Positions 39,742-49,036 of a stretch of DNA of 64,000 bases are shown here, piece by piece. Both the position numbers and the translations under genes were made by a program. The DNA lies in NCBI GenBank assembly GCA_965221695.1, contig OZ244905.1, forward strand, positions 2,080,001 through 2,144,000. Direction: 5' to 3'. How positions within the stretch are numbered: position 1 is the first letter of the stretch; each line of letters starts with the position of its first letter. The notes beneath the pieces are model-generated. The model did not search any database. It worked only from the letters and a program-made list of their open reading frames with translations, and had not been told where the DNA came from. This DNA comes from Gammaproteobacteria bacterium. Its GTDB lineage: Bacteria > Pseudomonadota > Gammaproteobacteria > Eutrophobiales > Eutrophobiaceae.

Positions 39742-40533
39742 ATGATCTTGGTTGACGGCGCATATCTTTACGGCTTAGGTCTGTCTATACAGCCTTTGCA
39801 CACAATTAATCAGAAGGGAACATATGGTCAGGTATGGTACAACTGTTACGTTGCGAAAAACTATCTTGAAGGATTTATTACAGATAGCGATTATTCAGAT
39901 GCCGTCAGAATCATGGTAGAGCCAGCAAATTCTTTAATTTTCGCACTTGAAACAATATGTGAGGAAGCAATTAAACCAGAAAAAAAAGATAAAATACTAG
40001 ACCCGACACTTTTTTACAACTTAAGAACAGTATTGCGAGATTTTGAGTCTGTTTTCAAAGCTGAGTTCAGACATGGTAATTTATTTCTTGCTACTCAAAA
40101 GGGGGCATATGATCTTAGAACACTATTTGCGAAAGGTGAGTTACTATTCCCAGCAAATTTTACGGAATTGTTCCCAGAAGCAGTTAAAGATGTCCAAGAC
40201 GGAGCGCGCTGCTTGGTATTTGAGATGTATACCGCATCGGGATTCCACTTTCATCGTGCAAATGAAAGTGTGCTATTAAGGTATCTGAAATCAGTTCGCG
40301 CAAAACAACCTGATAATAGAAACATGGGCGCATACATCGAAGCCCTTAAGGACGTCGAAAATGTTCCCAAGGAAATAATTGTGTACTTGAAGAGTTTAAA
40401 AGATTTGCAACGAAATCCTTTAATGCATCCGGGAGAATCTATTGATAATGTAGACGATGCGCTTGCTCTACTAAATGCAGTTCACACTGCTATTACGGCG
40501 ATGATGAGAGAAATAGCCTCACAACATGATTAA
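39742..40533 (+). CDS. Hypothetical protein with a C-terminal HEPN-like domain
   Basis: HRANESVL and R-x4-H motif RNPLMH; low GC; AGGAG RBS. Confidence 0.6.
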   Translation: MILVDGAYLYGLGLSIQPLHTINQKGTYGQVWYNCYVAKNYLEGFITDSDYSDAVRIMVEPANSLIFALETICEEAIKPEKKDKILDPTLFYNLRTVLRDFESVFKAEFRHGNLFLATQKGAYDLRTLFAKGELLFPANFTELFPEAVKDVQDGARCLVFEMYTASGFHFHRANESVLLRYLKSVRAKQPDNRNMGAYIEALKDVENVPKEIIVYLKSLKDLQRNPLMHPGESIDNVDDALALLNAVHTAITAMMREIASQHD

Positions 40534-40656
40534 TCGCTAACGTGAATAAAATTCAACTTCCCGAATGTTGGCTATCAATCTCCATAACTATAAGGCCAAA
40601 TGTCGCCAGTGGTATTAAACTGACCGTGCTCAAGCTGCGATGCGCCCCCATCGAAC

Positions 40657-43600
40657 ATGACCGCCCAACACCAATCCTCCATCAGCTTCACATCCACCGA
40701 TGATGATTCGCAACCGGTAACCCCCGGCTTGCCGGCCAGCCGGGTTCACGCCGAGCTGCGCCGGTTGGCCGACAGCCATCACGCGCAGGGGAAACAGTTC
40801 GAGCGTGTGATGGTCCGTTATTTCCAGCAGTCGGTGCTGTACCGGGATAAACTCAAGAGCGTGCAGTTGTGGGACGAGTGGGCAGGCGCACACGGGATAG
40901 ACGGGCGCGATGTCGGCATCGATCTGGTGGCCCAGACCCATGACGGGGAGTACTGGGCCATACAATGCAAGTGTTACGCGAACACGCACACCCTGCAAAA
41001 ACGCGATATTGACTCCTTTCTCTCAGCTACCGGCAAGGAGTGGGGGGATAAGAATATCCCGTTCTCACAGGTGCTGGTGGTCTCCTCCACGGCGAACTGG
41101 TCGGTACATGCAGAGCGGGCCATTGAGAATCGCAAGCCGCCCTGTCATCGTCTGGACTTGGCTGAGCTGAGCGACGATGCGGGCACGGACTGGTCGGCGC
41201 TGCTGCCGGATTTGGAACTTGAAAAGGCCACGCCGCGCCAGTTACGCCCCCATCAAAGGACATCGGTGGACGATGTCACAGCAGGTTTCACCACAGCCGA
41301 CCGGGGCCAACTCATTATGGCCTGCGGCACTGGCAAGACCTACACGTCTCTTAAGATCGCTGAACGCCAGGCCGGCGCTGGCGGCCGTATATTGTTCCTG
41401 GTGCCTTCGCTGTCGTTGCTCTCACAATCCCTGCGCGAGTGGGCGGCTCATCACGAATGGGCCGGGCTCCGCACCTTTGCCGTGTGCTCGGACAGCAAGG
41501 TCGGACGCAACAATGAAGATATCAATGCTTACGACCTGGCCATCCCACCCACTACGGACGGGCGCAAACTGGCGGACGGTCTGCAAAGCGACCTGCCGGA
41601 CGGACACGCGCAACTGGTGTTTGCGACCTACCAGTCCATCGGGGTGGTGCATGAGGCTCAGCAGCAAGGCGCGTTGCCCTTTGATCTCGTGATCTGCGAT
41701 GAGGCCCACCGCACCACCGGCGTGGACCTCAAGGGCGAGGAAGCCTCTTACTTCACTCGAGTGCACGACGGCGATTACCTCAAAGCACACAAGCGTCTGT
41801 ACATGACCGCGACCCCACGCATCTACAAGGACAGCGCCAAGCAACGCGCCAGGGAGAAAGACCAGGTCGCGGAGATCTACTCCATGGACGATACGGACAA
41901 ATACGGCGATACCCTCCACCGGCTGGATTTTTCAGAGGCGGTAGCCAAGGACCTCTTGAGCGACTACAAGGTGCTGGTGTTGATGGTGAACCAGGATCAC
42001 GCCGACGCCGCGCTGCAACCGCTGCTTGGCGGCAGCGCCAATATCAACCTGGACGATGCGTCGAAGATTGTCGGTTGCTGGAACGGCCTGTCGAAACGCA
42101 TAGCCGATGAAGAGGCGCTGCCGCAAACAGACACTGCGCCCATGCGCCGGGCGGTGGCCTTCTGTCAGACCATCAATATGTCCAAGGCCGTGGCGCAGAC
42201 TTTCTCAGGAATTGTGAATCAATACCGGGAAAGCTCCCCTGACGATGAGGAAGCGCTGGGGTGTACCGTCGAACATGTTGACGGCACCCAAAATGCGCTG
42301 AAACGGAACCAGGCGCTGGAATGGCTCAAGGACGAGCCAGGTGAGAACGAATGCCGGATACTAAGCAACGTGCGCTGCCTGTCCGAAGGCGTGGATGTCC
42401 CGGCGCTGGACGCAGTACTGTTTTTAAGCCCCCGCAACTCACAGGTGGATGTCGTTCAGGCCGTGGGGCGTGTCATGCGCAAGGCAGAGGGCAAGGAATA
42501 CGGTTACGTGATTCTGCCGGTCTGCGTCAAACAGGACAGCTCACCCGAGCAGGCATTGCAGGATGAAAAGAACTACAAGGTGGTCTGGCAGGTGTTGCAA
42601 GCCCTGCGCGCCCACGATGACCGGTTCAATGCCGAGATCAACAAGATTGAACTCAACAAGCGGCGGCAGGGACGCATCAATGTCGTCGGGATCGGCTTCG
42701 GCGGCGATGGGGATGGCGACGACAGAGAGCGCGGTGGCGGAGAGGAAGAGATCCGCGAACCGTTGCAACTCCCGATAAACCTTAAGGACCTGAAAGAAGC
42801 CCTGTACGCCAGGCTGGTCCTGAAATGCGGCGACCGCCGCTACTGGGAGAGCTGGGCTAAGGATGTGGCCGATATTGCCGGACGCAATATCACCCGTATC
42901 ACCACGCTAGTCGGGCAGAGTGATGCCGATTACCGTGAGATCTTCGAGGAGTTCATGACGGAGTTGCGCCAGAACATCAACCCTCAAGTATCAGAAGCGG
43001 ACGCCATCGAAATGCTCGCCCAGCACCTGATTACCCGCCCGGTATTCGATGCGCTGTTCGAGGGCTATTCATTCATCAAGAACAACCCGGTTTCAAAGAC
43101 CATGCAGGCGATGCTGGAATTGCTTGATGAGCAGAACCTTGAGACCGAAACCAGGAGCCTGCAGGGCTTCTACGACAGCGTGCGCCGGCGCGCCAGCGGC
43201 ATCGACAACGCCGAAGGCCGGCAGAAGGTCGTGATCGAACTCTACGAGAAATTCTTCAAAGAAGCCTTCCCTAAGATGGCCGATAGCCTGGGGATTGTCT
43301 ACACACCGGTTGAGATTGTGGATTTCATCCTGAAAAGCGTCAACGACCTGCTGGTGCAGGAATTCGGTGGTGAACACCTCTCATCAGAAAATGTGCATGT
43401 GCTGGACCCGTTTACCGGCACCGGCACTTTCATCACGAGACTGCTGGCCTCCGACCTGATCACGGATACAGCGCTGGCGCGCAAGTACCGGCAGGAACTG
43501 CATGCCAACGAGATTGTCCTGCTAGCCTATTACATCGCTGCGGTGAACATTGAGGAGACCTACCACGAACGCTTGCGGGAGAAACTCAGAAAGGATGAAA

Positions 43601-45621
43601 AAGAAACAGACATCGACTACGAATCATTTCCCGGGATCGTGCTGACCGACACGTTCCATATCAACGAGCAAGACGGCGACATGCTGAACCAGATATTTCC
43701 GATTAACTCCGAACGGGTGATGAAACAGAAGGACACGCCTATCCGGGTAGTGTTGGGCAACCCGCCATATTCGGCAGGACAGAGCAGTGCCAATGACAAC
43801 AACGCCAACCTGCGTTATCCCGGACTGGATAAGAGCATTGCAAGAAGTTATGCCGCGCATTCCACGGCCACCCTGAAAAACAGCTTGTACGACTCCTATA
43901 TCCGGGCCTTCCGCTGGGCGTCAGACCGCATCGGCGATGAGGGCATCATTGCTTACGTGAGCAACGGTGGCTGGCTCGACGGTAACGCCATGGATGGATT
44001 CCGCCGCTGTTTGGCAGAGGAGTTTAACCGAATCTACTGTTTCAACTTGAGAGGAAACCAGCGCACTTCCGGTGAGTTATCTCGCAGGGAAGGCGGCAAG
44101 ATATTTGGGTCAGGCAGCCGCGCCGGCATCACACTGACGTTCCTTGTCAAAAAGAAGGATGCCAAAGGCGAATGCCAGATCCGCTACTACGACATCGGCG
44201 ATTACCTTGACAGGAATCAGAAACTGGACACCATCAGGGACTTTGTAAGCATCGGAAACATGGAGGACCTCTGGGAAACGATAACACCGAACAAACACCA
44301 TGACTGGATTAACCAGCGCAGTGAGGTGTTTCTGGACTACCTTCCACTGGGCGTTAAGGAAAACAAACGCAACAAGCGAACAGTGGACAGTGTATTTACC
44401 CTGTATAGTCGAGGTGTTGCGACAAGCCGTGACGCTTGGGTGTACAACTTCTGCAAAGAAACACTTTCAAATAACATGCAAAAAACCATTTCGTTTTACA
44501 ACAGTGAGGTGGAGCGTTATCGGCTGGCATGTGAAGAAAAAAGGGAGAACGAGCGACCAGAGATAAAGGATTTTATCCATTATGACGCGACCACAATGAG
44601 TTGGGATAGGGAAATTAGAAATGATCTCAGACTCCTTAAAACTGGCCAATACCATGATTCTAAGATAAGAACTGGAATCTATAGGCCATTCACAAAACAA
44701 CAGTTTTATTTTGACGACCAGTTTAACAACATGGTTTGTCTTCAGCCAAAATTTTTCCCGACCCCTAACACACAAAACCTCGCCATCTGTGTCTCCGGCA
44801 TCGGCGCCAGCAAGGACTTTTCTGCGCTGATGGTGGATACCATGCCTGATTTGAATTGTCTTGATGCTGGCACGCAGTGTTTTCCCCGCTACCACTATCT
44901 CTCAGCCGACGAACAGGAAAAGCAAGCCTCGCTGGACATGGGTGAGACGAAACACCCCCGGGTAGACAACATCCCCCAGGAGACGGTGACCCGGTTCCAG
45001 GAGCAGTACCGGAACAGCGCCATTGATGCCGATGCCATCTTCTATTACGTCTACGGCCTGCTGCACAGCCCCGACTACAAGACCCGGTTTGCCGCGGATC
45101 TCAAGAAGATGTTGCCCCGAATCCCTCTCGTCGACAGCCCAGAAGACTTCCGGCGGTTTTCCGAGGCCGGCAGGGCGCTGGCCGACCTCCATGTCGGCTA
45201 TGAGAACATAGAGCGTTGGCCACTGACCATCCGGATTGACAAGAACCAACAGGAAAAAGATAACCAGCACACAGAGCAGGGTAGTCAGGATGATGAGACA
45301 CTGTACCAGGTGAAAAAGATGACCTTCGGCGGCAGCGCCCGGCCCCCTGACAAGACGACCATCCGCTATAACGACCACATTACCATCGAAGCGATCCCGC
45401 CAGATGCCTACAGGTATATCGTCAACGGCAAGAGCGCCATTGAATGGATCATGGAGCGCTACCAGGTCACACAACACAAGGAAAGCAAAATCATCAACGA
45501 CCCGAACAAATGGTCCGATGATCCCCGATACATCTTGGAACTACTCGGAAAAGTGGTGACCGTCAGCATGAAGACGGTAGAGATTATATCCGGACTGCCC
45601 GAACTGGAAAAAGCTACATAA
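40657..45621 (+). CDS. Type ISP single-polypeptide restriction-modification enzyme (LlaGI/LlaBIII-like)
   Basis: Mrr-like nuclease D.GID...IQCK, helicase MACGTGKT/DEAH/QAVGRVMRK, MTase DPFTGTG and NPPY, C-terminal TRD; 1654 aa. Confidence 0.93.
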   Translation: MTAQHQSSISFTSTDDDSQPVTPGLPASRVHAELRRLADSHHAQGKQFERVMVRYFQQSVLYRDKLKSVQLWDEWAGAHGIDGRDVGIDLVAQTHDGEYWAIQCKCYANTHTLQKRDIDSFLSATGKEWGDKNIPFSQVLVVSSTANWSVHAERAIENRKPPCHRLDLAELSDDAGTDWSALLPDLELEKATPRQLRPHQRTSVDDVTAGFTTADRGQLIMACGTGKTYTSLKIAERQAGAGGRILFLVPSLSLLSQSLREWAAHHEWAGLRTFAVCSDSKVGRNNEDINAYDLAIPPTTDGRKLADGLQSDLPDGHAQLVFATYQSIGVVHEAQQQGALPFDLVICDEAHRTTGVDLKGEEASYFTRVHDGDYLKAHKRLYMTATPRIYKDSAKQRAREKDQVAEIYSMDDTDKYGDTLHRLDFSEAVAKDLLSDYKVLVLMVNQDHADAALQPLLGGSANINLDDASKIVGCWNGLSKRIADEEALPQTDTAPMRRAVAFCQTINMSKAVAQTFSGIVNQYRESSPDDEEALGCTVEHVDGTQNALKRNQALEWLKDEPGENECRILSNVRCLSEGVDVPALDAVLFLSPRNSQVDVVQAVGRVMRKAEGKEYGYVILPVCVKQDSSPEQALQDEKNYKVVWQVLQALRAHDDRFNAEINKIELNKRRQGRINVVGIGFGGDGDGDDRERGGGEEEIREPLQLPINLKDLKEALYARLVLKCGDRRYWESWAKDVADIAGRNITRITTLVGQSDADYREIFEEFMTELRQNINPQVSEADAIEMLAQHLITRPVFDALFEGYSFIKNNPVSKTMQAMLELLDEQNLETETRSLQGFYDSVRRRASGIDNAEGRQKVVIELYEKFFKEAFPKMADSLGIVYTPVEIVDFILKSVNDLLVQEFGGEHLSSENVHVLDPFTGTGTFITRLLASDLITDTALARKYRQELHANEIVLLAYYIAAVNIEETYHERLREKLRKDEKETDIDYESFPGIVLTDTFHINEQDGDMLNQIFPINSERVMKQKDTPIRVVLGNPPYSAGQSSANDNNANLRYPGLDKSIARSYAAHSTATLKNSLYDSYIRAFRWASDRIGDEGIIAYVSNGGWLDGNAMDGFRRCLAEEFNRIYCFNLRGNQRTSGELSRREGGKIFGSGSRAGITLTFLVKKKDAKGECQIRYYDIGDYLDRNQKLDTIRDFVSIGNMEDLWETITPNKHHDWINQRSEVFLDYLPLGVKENKRNKRTVDSVFTLYSRGVATSRDAWVYNFCKETLSNNMQKTISFYNSEVERYRLACEEKRENERPEIKDFIHYDATTMSWDREIRNDLRLLKTGQYHDSKIRTGIYRPFTKQQFYFDDQFNNMVCLQPKFFPTPNTQNLAICVSGIGASKDFSALMVDTMPDLNCLDAGTQCFPRYHYLSADEQEKQASLDMGETKHPRVDNIPQETVTRFQEQYRNSAIDADAIFYYVYGLLHSPDYKTRFAADLKKMLPRIPLVDSPEDFRRFSEAGRALADLHVGYENIERWPLTIRIDKNQQEKDNQHTEQGSQDDETLYQVKKMTFGGSARPPDKTTIRYNDHITIEAIPPDAYRYIVNGKSAIEWIMERYQVTQHKESKIINDPNKWSDDPRYILELLGKVVTVSMKTVEIISGLPELEKAT

Positions 45622-45624
45622 GAA

Positions 45625-46293
45625 ATGTCTGCTGTTACGAAACTGCTTATTCCGTATGAACAACACCGGGTTCTTCGTCCCTTAATCCAACTCATTCCCC
45701 TTGGGTTTGGCTCTGCTATTGACACCTTTATGATGCAAACACTGAGTAAAATCCGAGAGGAGCGTGTCAGCGAGTTTATTGATGAATTAGCCAAAGGGAA
45801 CCAGATAAATGACGAACAACTTCTGGAGTCTGAAGATTTTCTTCACTGTTACATCACAACTGTAGATCTAGCGCTTAAAACATATCAGCGTAAGAAAATT
45901 CGCATGTTTGCCAGTTTGCTAAAGAGTTCGCTAGGCGACTCCGGTCCGGCCGACATTGACGAATATGAATACTTTCTCAATATATTGGACAATCTGGGGT
46001 TCAAGGAAATTCAGGCTCTGACCATTCTCGACAGACTCGTTGATAGTTTTGGAGATGATACAGATAACCCTTATTGGGATAAAACCTTATGGGAGGGGTT
46101 TGAAAACAAGTTATATTTAGAACTGGGTATCCCACCAGAAAGGGCTGCTGATTTCATGAATGGAATAGTACGTACCGGGTGTTACGAAATATTTCCAGGC
46201 GCATCCATAAGACACACCAAGAGCCAAGGAAAGTTGACGCCAACTTTCAACCGCCTAAAGGAATTTGTGATAAAAAACGAGCCAGATGCCTAA
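45625..46293 (+). CDS. Hypothetical protein
   Basis: 222-aa ORF starting 3 bp after the Type ISP gene; lower GC. Confidence 0.7.
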   Translation: MSAVTKLLIPYEQHRVLRPLIQLIPLGFGSAIDTFMMQTLSKIREERVSEFIDELAKGNQINDEQLLESEDFLHCYITTVDLALKTYQRKKIRMFASLLKSSLGDSGPADIDEYEYFLNILDNLGFKEIQALTILDRLVDSFGDDTDNPYWDKTLWEGFENKLYLELGIPPERAADFMNGIVRTGCYEIFPGASIRHTKSQGKLTPTFNRLKEFVIKNEPDA

Positions 46294-46382
46294 TATCACC
46301 TGGGAATTTCAGGGAGATTCGTCAGCGTGACTGATGTGTGTATCGTTTATCATTGACATCTCTCCCTATAAGGTTATAAATC

Positions 46383-46643
46383 ATGACCATGAATGATACA
46401 CCTGTCACGCCTGGTGAAATTCTCCTGGAGGAATACCTGAAACCGATGGGAATTTCACAAAATGCAATGGCGCGCGCCATCGGTATGTCACCGCGTGCAA
46501 TCAATGAAATTGTTCGCGCCAAGCGTTTAATCACTTCTGAAGTGTCAATTCGTTTTGGTGTGTTCTTTGGACAATCAGACGAGTTTTGGCAGGGAATTCA
46601 GAGTGAGTGCGATTATCGCAAACTGGCAGAGAAGCAACAATAG
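46383..46643 (+). CDS. Orphan HigA-type antitoxin (possibly truncated)
   Basis: [26 protein letters not shown]...INEIV; no higB seen. Confidence 0.8.
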   Translation: MTMNDTPVTPGEILLEEYLKPMGISQNAMARAIGMSPRAINEIVRAKRLITSEVSIRFGVFFGQSDEFWQGIQSECDYRKLAEKQQ

Positions 46644-46856
46644 CTTACAGCCGGCATAAGTTCGGCTTCATCGCTTCAACAGGGAGCCTGATAAAACGCT
46701 TGAATTGTGGAAGTTCAGGTTTGATCCTACAGTTCCCGGATTGATGGTGTAAATTGATCTGCTCCACGAATACCACCCGAGTTCCAATAAAGTGATCGAT
46801 AGTCAGGAACAGTGATTTTGCCGAATTTGTAGACCTTGTGTTAGGTTCAAGAAACT

Positions 46857-47801
46857 ATGCCAGTGCATGATCTATATTCTTATCGTAAGCGTATCACTAA
46901 TGGTGATTTAACGGACGTATATGATTACGATGAGCTTCCCCTAGAGCTTCGTATTCAGATAGATTATATCTGGCGTGATGCAATTGGTCAGTTTAATAAA
47001 TTTACAGGACGAGAAAAGGTTCGTATTATCCAAAATAACGAAGCTTGGACATACATCCATAATGCTGTAGCTAGAGAACATGGCGTTTTCTCTTTGGATT
47101 ACCATGGCAATGAGTATGAACGTTGTAAAAACTTCCTGATTAAATCAGATACTGTAGATAAAGTACTGGATCTCATAGAACTCAGTTTCCGATACATTGA
47201 CAGGAAAGCACGGAAATTTTCTAGCCAAGATCGCAAACTTCGTGGAATTAGTCTAATTGCAAGCGAGGCAATCGCAGAACTGAATGAGCGTTTTCTCCGC
47301 AACAGTGTGGGATACAGATTTGAGAATGGGATGATTTTCCGCTTTGATTCTGATCTGATACACACAGAAGTTGTTATACCAGCGCTTCAATTCCTCCAAC
47401 AGCCTGGCTTTGAGGGGCCTCGTGATGAATTTCTACAGGCACATCGTCACTACCGCTCTGGCGATATGAAAGCCGCTATTGTCGATGCGAATAACGCATT
47501 TGAGAGCACTCTAAAATCGATATGCAAACAAAGAAATTGGCAATATGAACAAGGGGCTCGTGCTTCGGATCTTGTAAACCTGGTTCGAGAAAAAGGTCTT
47601 CTGCCGAACTATCTTAGCAAATCGTTTGAACAGCTAGCCGCTATATTGAAGTCTGGTCTCCCCAAAGTAAGAAACGAGGAAGGAGCACACGGGCAAGGTG
47701 CAACACCAAGCGAAACACCATATTATGTGGCAGCATATGCGCTTCATCTGGCCGCGGCGAAGATCCTGTTTCTTGCTGAGTCACATAAGACAATGGGTTG
47801 A
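46857..47801 (+). CDS. Abortive-infection-like protein (AbiJ-type N-terminus + HEPN/Abi_C C-terminus)
   Basis: LR.QI..IW, ELNERF....GY.F, AFESTLK.IC, RNEEGAHG. Confidence 0.75.
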   Translation: MPVHDLYSYRKRITNGDLTDVYDYDELPLELRIQIDYIWRDAIGQFNKFTGREKVRIIQNNEAWTYIHNAVAREHGVFSLDYHGNEYERCKNFLIKSDTVDKVLDLIELSFRYIDRKARKFSSQDRKLRGISLIASEAIAELNERFLRNSVGYRFENGMIFRFDSDLIHTEVVIPALQFLQQPGFEGPRDEFLQAHRHYRSGDMKAAIVDANNAFESTLKSICKQRNWQYEQGARASDLVNLVREKGLLPNYLSKSFEQLAAILKSGLPKVRNEEGAHGQGATPSETPYYVAAYALHLAAAKILFLAESHKTMG

Positions 47802-47837
47802 TTAAGTCTCAAGTTGAATGTCTTCTCTTGTAACGCG

Positions 47838-47910
47838 TGCGCAATCCGGCGAATGTGAACACTGATTGCGGTTGAACGTGAACAGTTGTTCCGGTTCATC
47901 GTAAACACCT
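47838..47910. mobile_element. Orphan IS21-family terminal sequence
   Basis: TGCGCAATCCGG followed by three ~20-bp-spaced GT(G/A)AACA repeats; no transposase follows. Confidence 0.6.
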
Positions 47911-47934
47911 GTTAGCGCAACGCATGTGAATGTC

Positions 47935-48078
47935 TATACCTCCACTTGATCTGCAGCAGTGATTCGTTGAAATAGTCGAATCTGCACGCGCCATATCAAG
48001 GTGGAGATGCGCGACTCACATTTGGCAGATACATTAACTGCATCGCTCTATTCCCTTTTTATTGAAGGAAGTGCATAA
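47935..48078 (+). pseudogene. Possible Type I R-M HsdS C-terminal remnant
   Basis: IPPLDLQQ*FVEIVESARA ... LADTLTASLYSLF. Confidence 0.45.
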
Positions 48079-48238
48079 TCGATATCTCTGATGGAAACCG
48101 ATGGACTGACAGCATGGTTTCGCGAGAAGGATACTAATCCTAACCGACCATCCGTTGCGGCGAATCAGTTTTTCATAATTCTTGTGAACACACGATTAGG
48201 TTGATCATTGAGATCAATCGGTTAAAGGGAGGATGTAG

Positions 48239-49036
48239 GTGACAGTTAGCACAGGAGAGATCGTCTACGAAATCGGTCATGCCCCCTGTTCAGGGGTCGG
48301 GCTACAATGGTCGGACGACGAGTTGAGTACAGCACTGAATGATCGGGTTGCGGCTTTGCTATTCGATGACGAAGGCATGGCAAACATTGAGGAGATTCTT
48401 GCGCCCATAGCGGACACGGATTTTGCCCGGGATGGGCTTCGCCGCGTACTGGATGGTCCTAGCGAGATCGAAGACTGGAAAGTGGGCGAAGCGATTGCGG
48501 AGACTTATTTGACAGGCCATCGCAACTGTAGCTTCCCATGGCCGGACGGACGTGACGAGAGAAAGGGAGGGTCCAGTCTGCCAGGCGCGGACCTGGTCGG
48601 ATTCGGGATCGACAACAAAGGCGATTGTCTGGCGTTCGGCGAAGTCAAGACCTCAAGCGAACATAGATACCCACCAGGAGCCATGTACGGGCGCACAGGC
48701 ATGAAACGGCAACTCGAAGATCTGCGCGATAATGAAAATATCCGTGACGATCTCGTGAAATATCTTAGTCACAGGGCGGGAACGGCGCATTGGCAAGCGC
48801 GTTTCAAGCGAGCGGCGAGAAGGTATCTCCACAATACATCCGATGTTCAACTTTACGGTTTTCTCGTTCGCGATGTGAAGCCCCATCAAAGTGATTTGCG
48901 GGCACGGGTCGATGCCCTTGGCACCAGATGTCCTGACACAACGCACATTGAGTTGCTCGCGCTTTACCTGCCGAAAGAAAGTCTGGAAAATATCGGAGAG
49001 AAGATGGTTGCACAGCGGGTGAGGGGGATACGATGA
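48239..49036 (+). CDS. PD-(D/E)xK nuclease, HamA-like
   Basis: VGEAIAE, GADLVG, FGEVK; 4-bp overlap with the helicase. Confidence 0.7.
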   Translation: MTVSTGEIVYEIGHAPCSGVGLQWSDDELSTALNDRVAALLFDDEGMANIEEILAPIADTDFARDGLRRVLDGPSEIEDWKVGEAIAETYLTGHRNCSFPWPDGRDERKGGSSLPGADLVGFGIDNKGDCLAFGEVKTSSEHRYPPGAMYGRTGMKRQLEDLRDNENIRDDLVKYLSHRAGTAHWQARFKRAARRYLHNTSDVQLYGFLVRDVKPHQSDLRARVDALGTRCPDTTHIELLALYLPKESLENIGEKMVAQRVRGIR

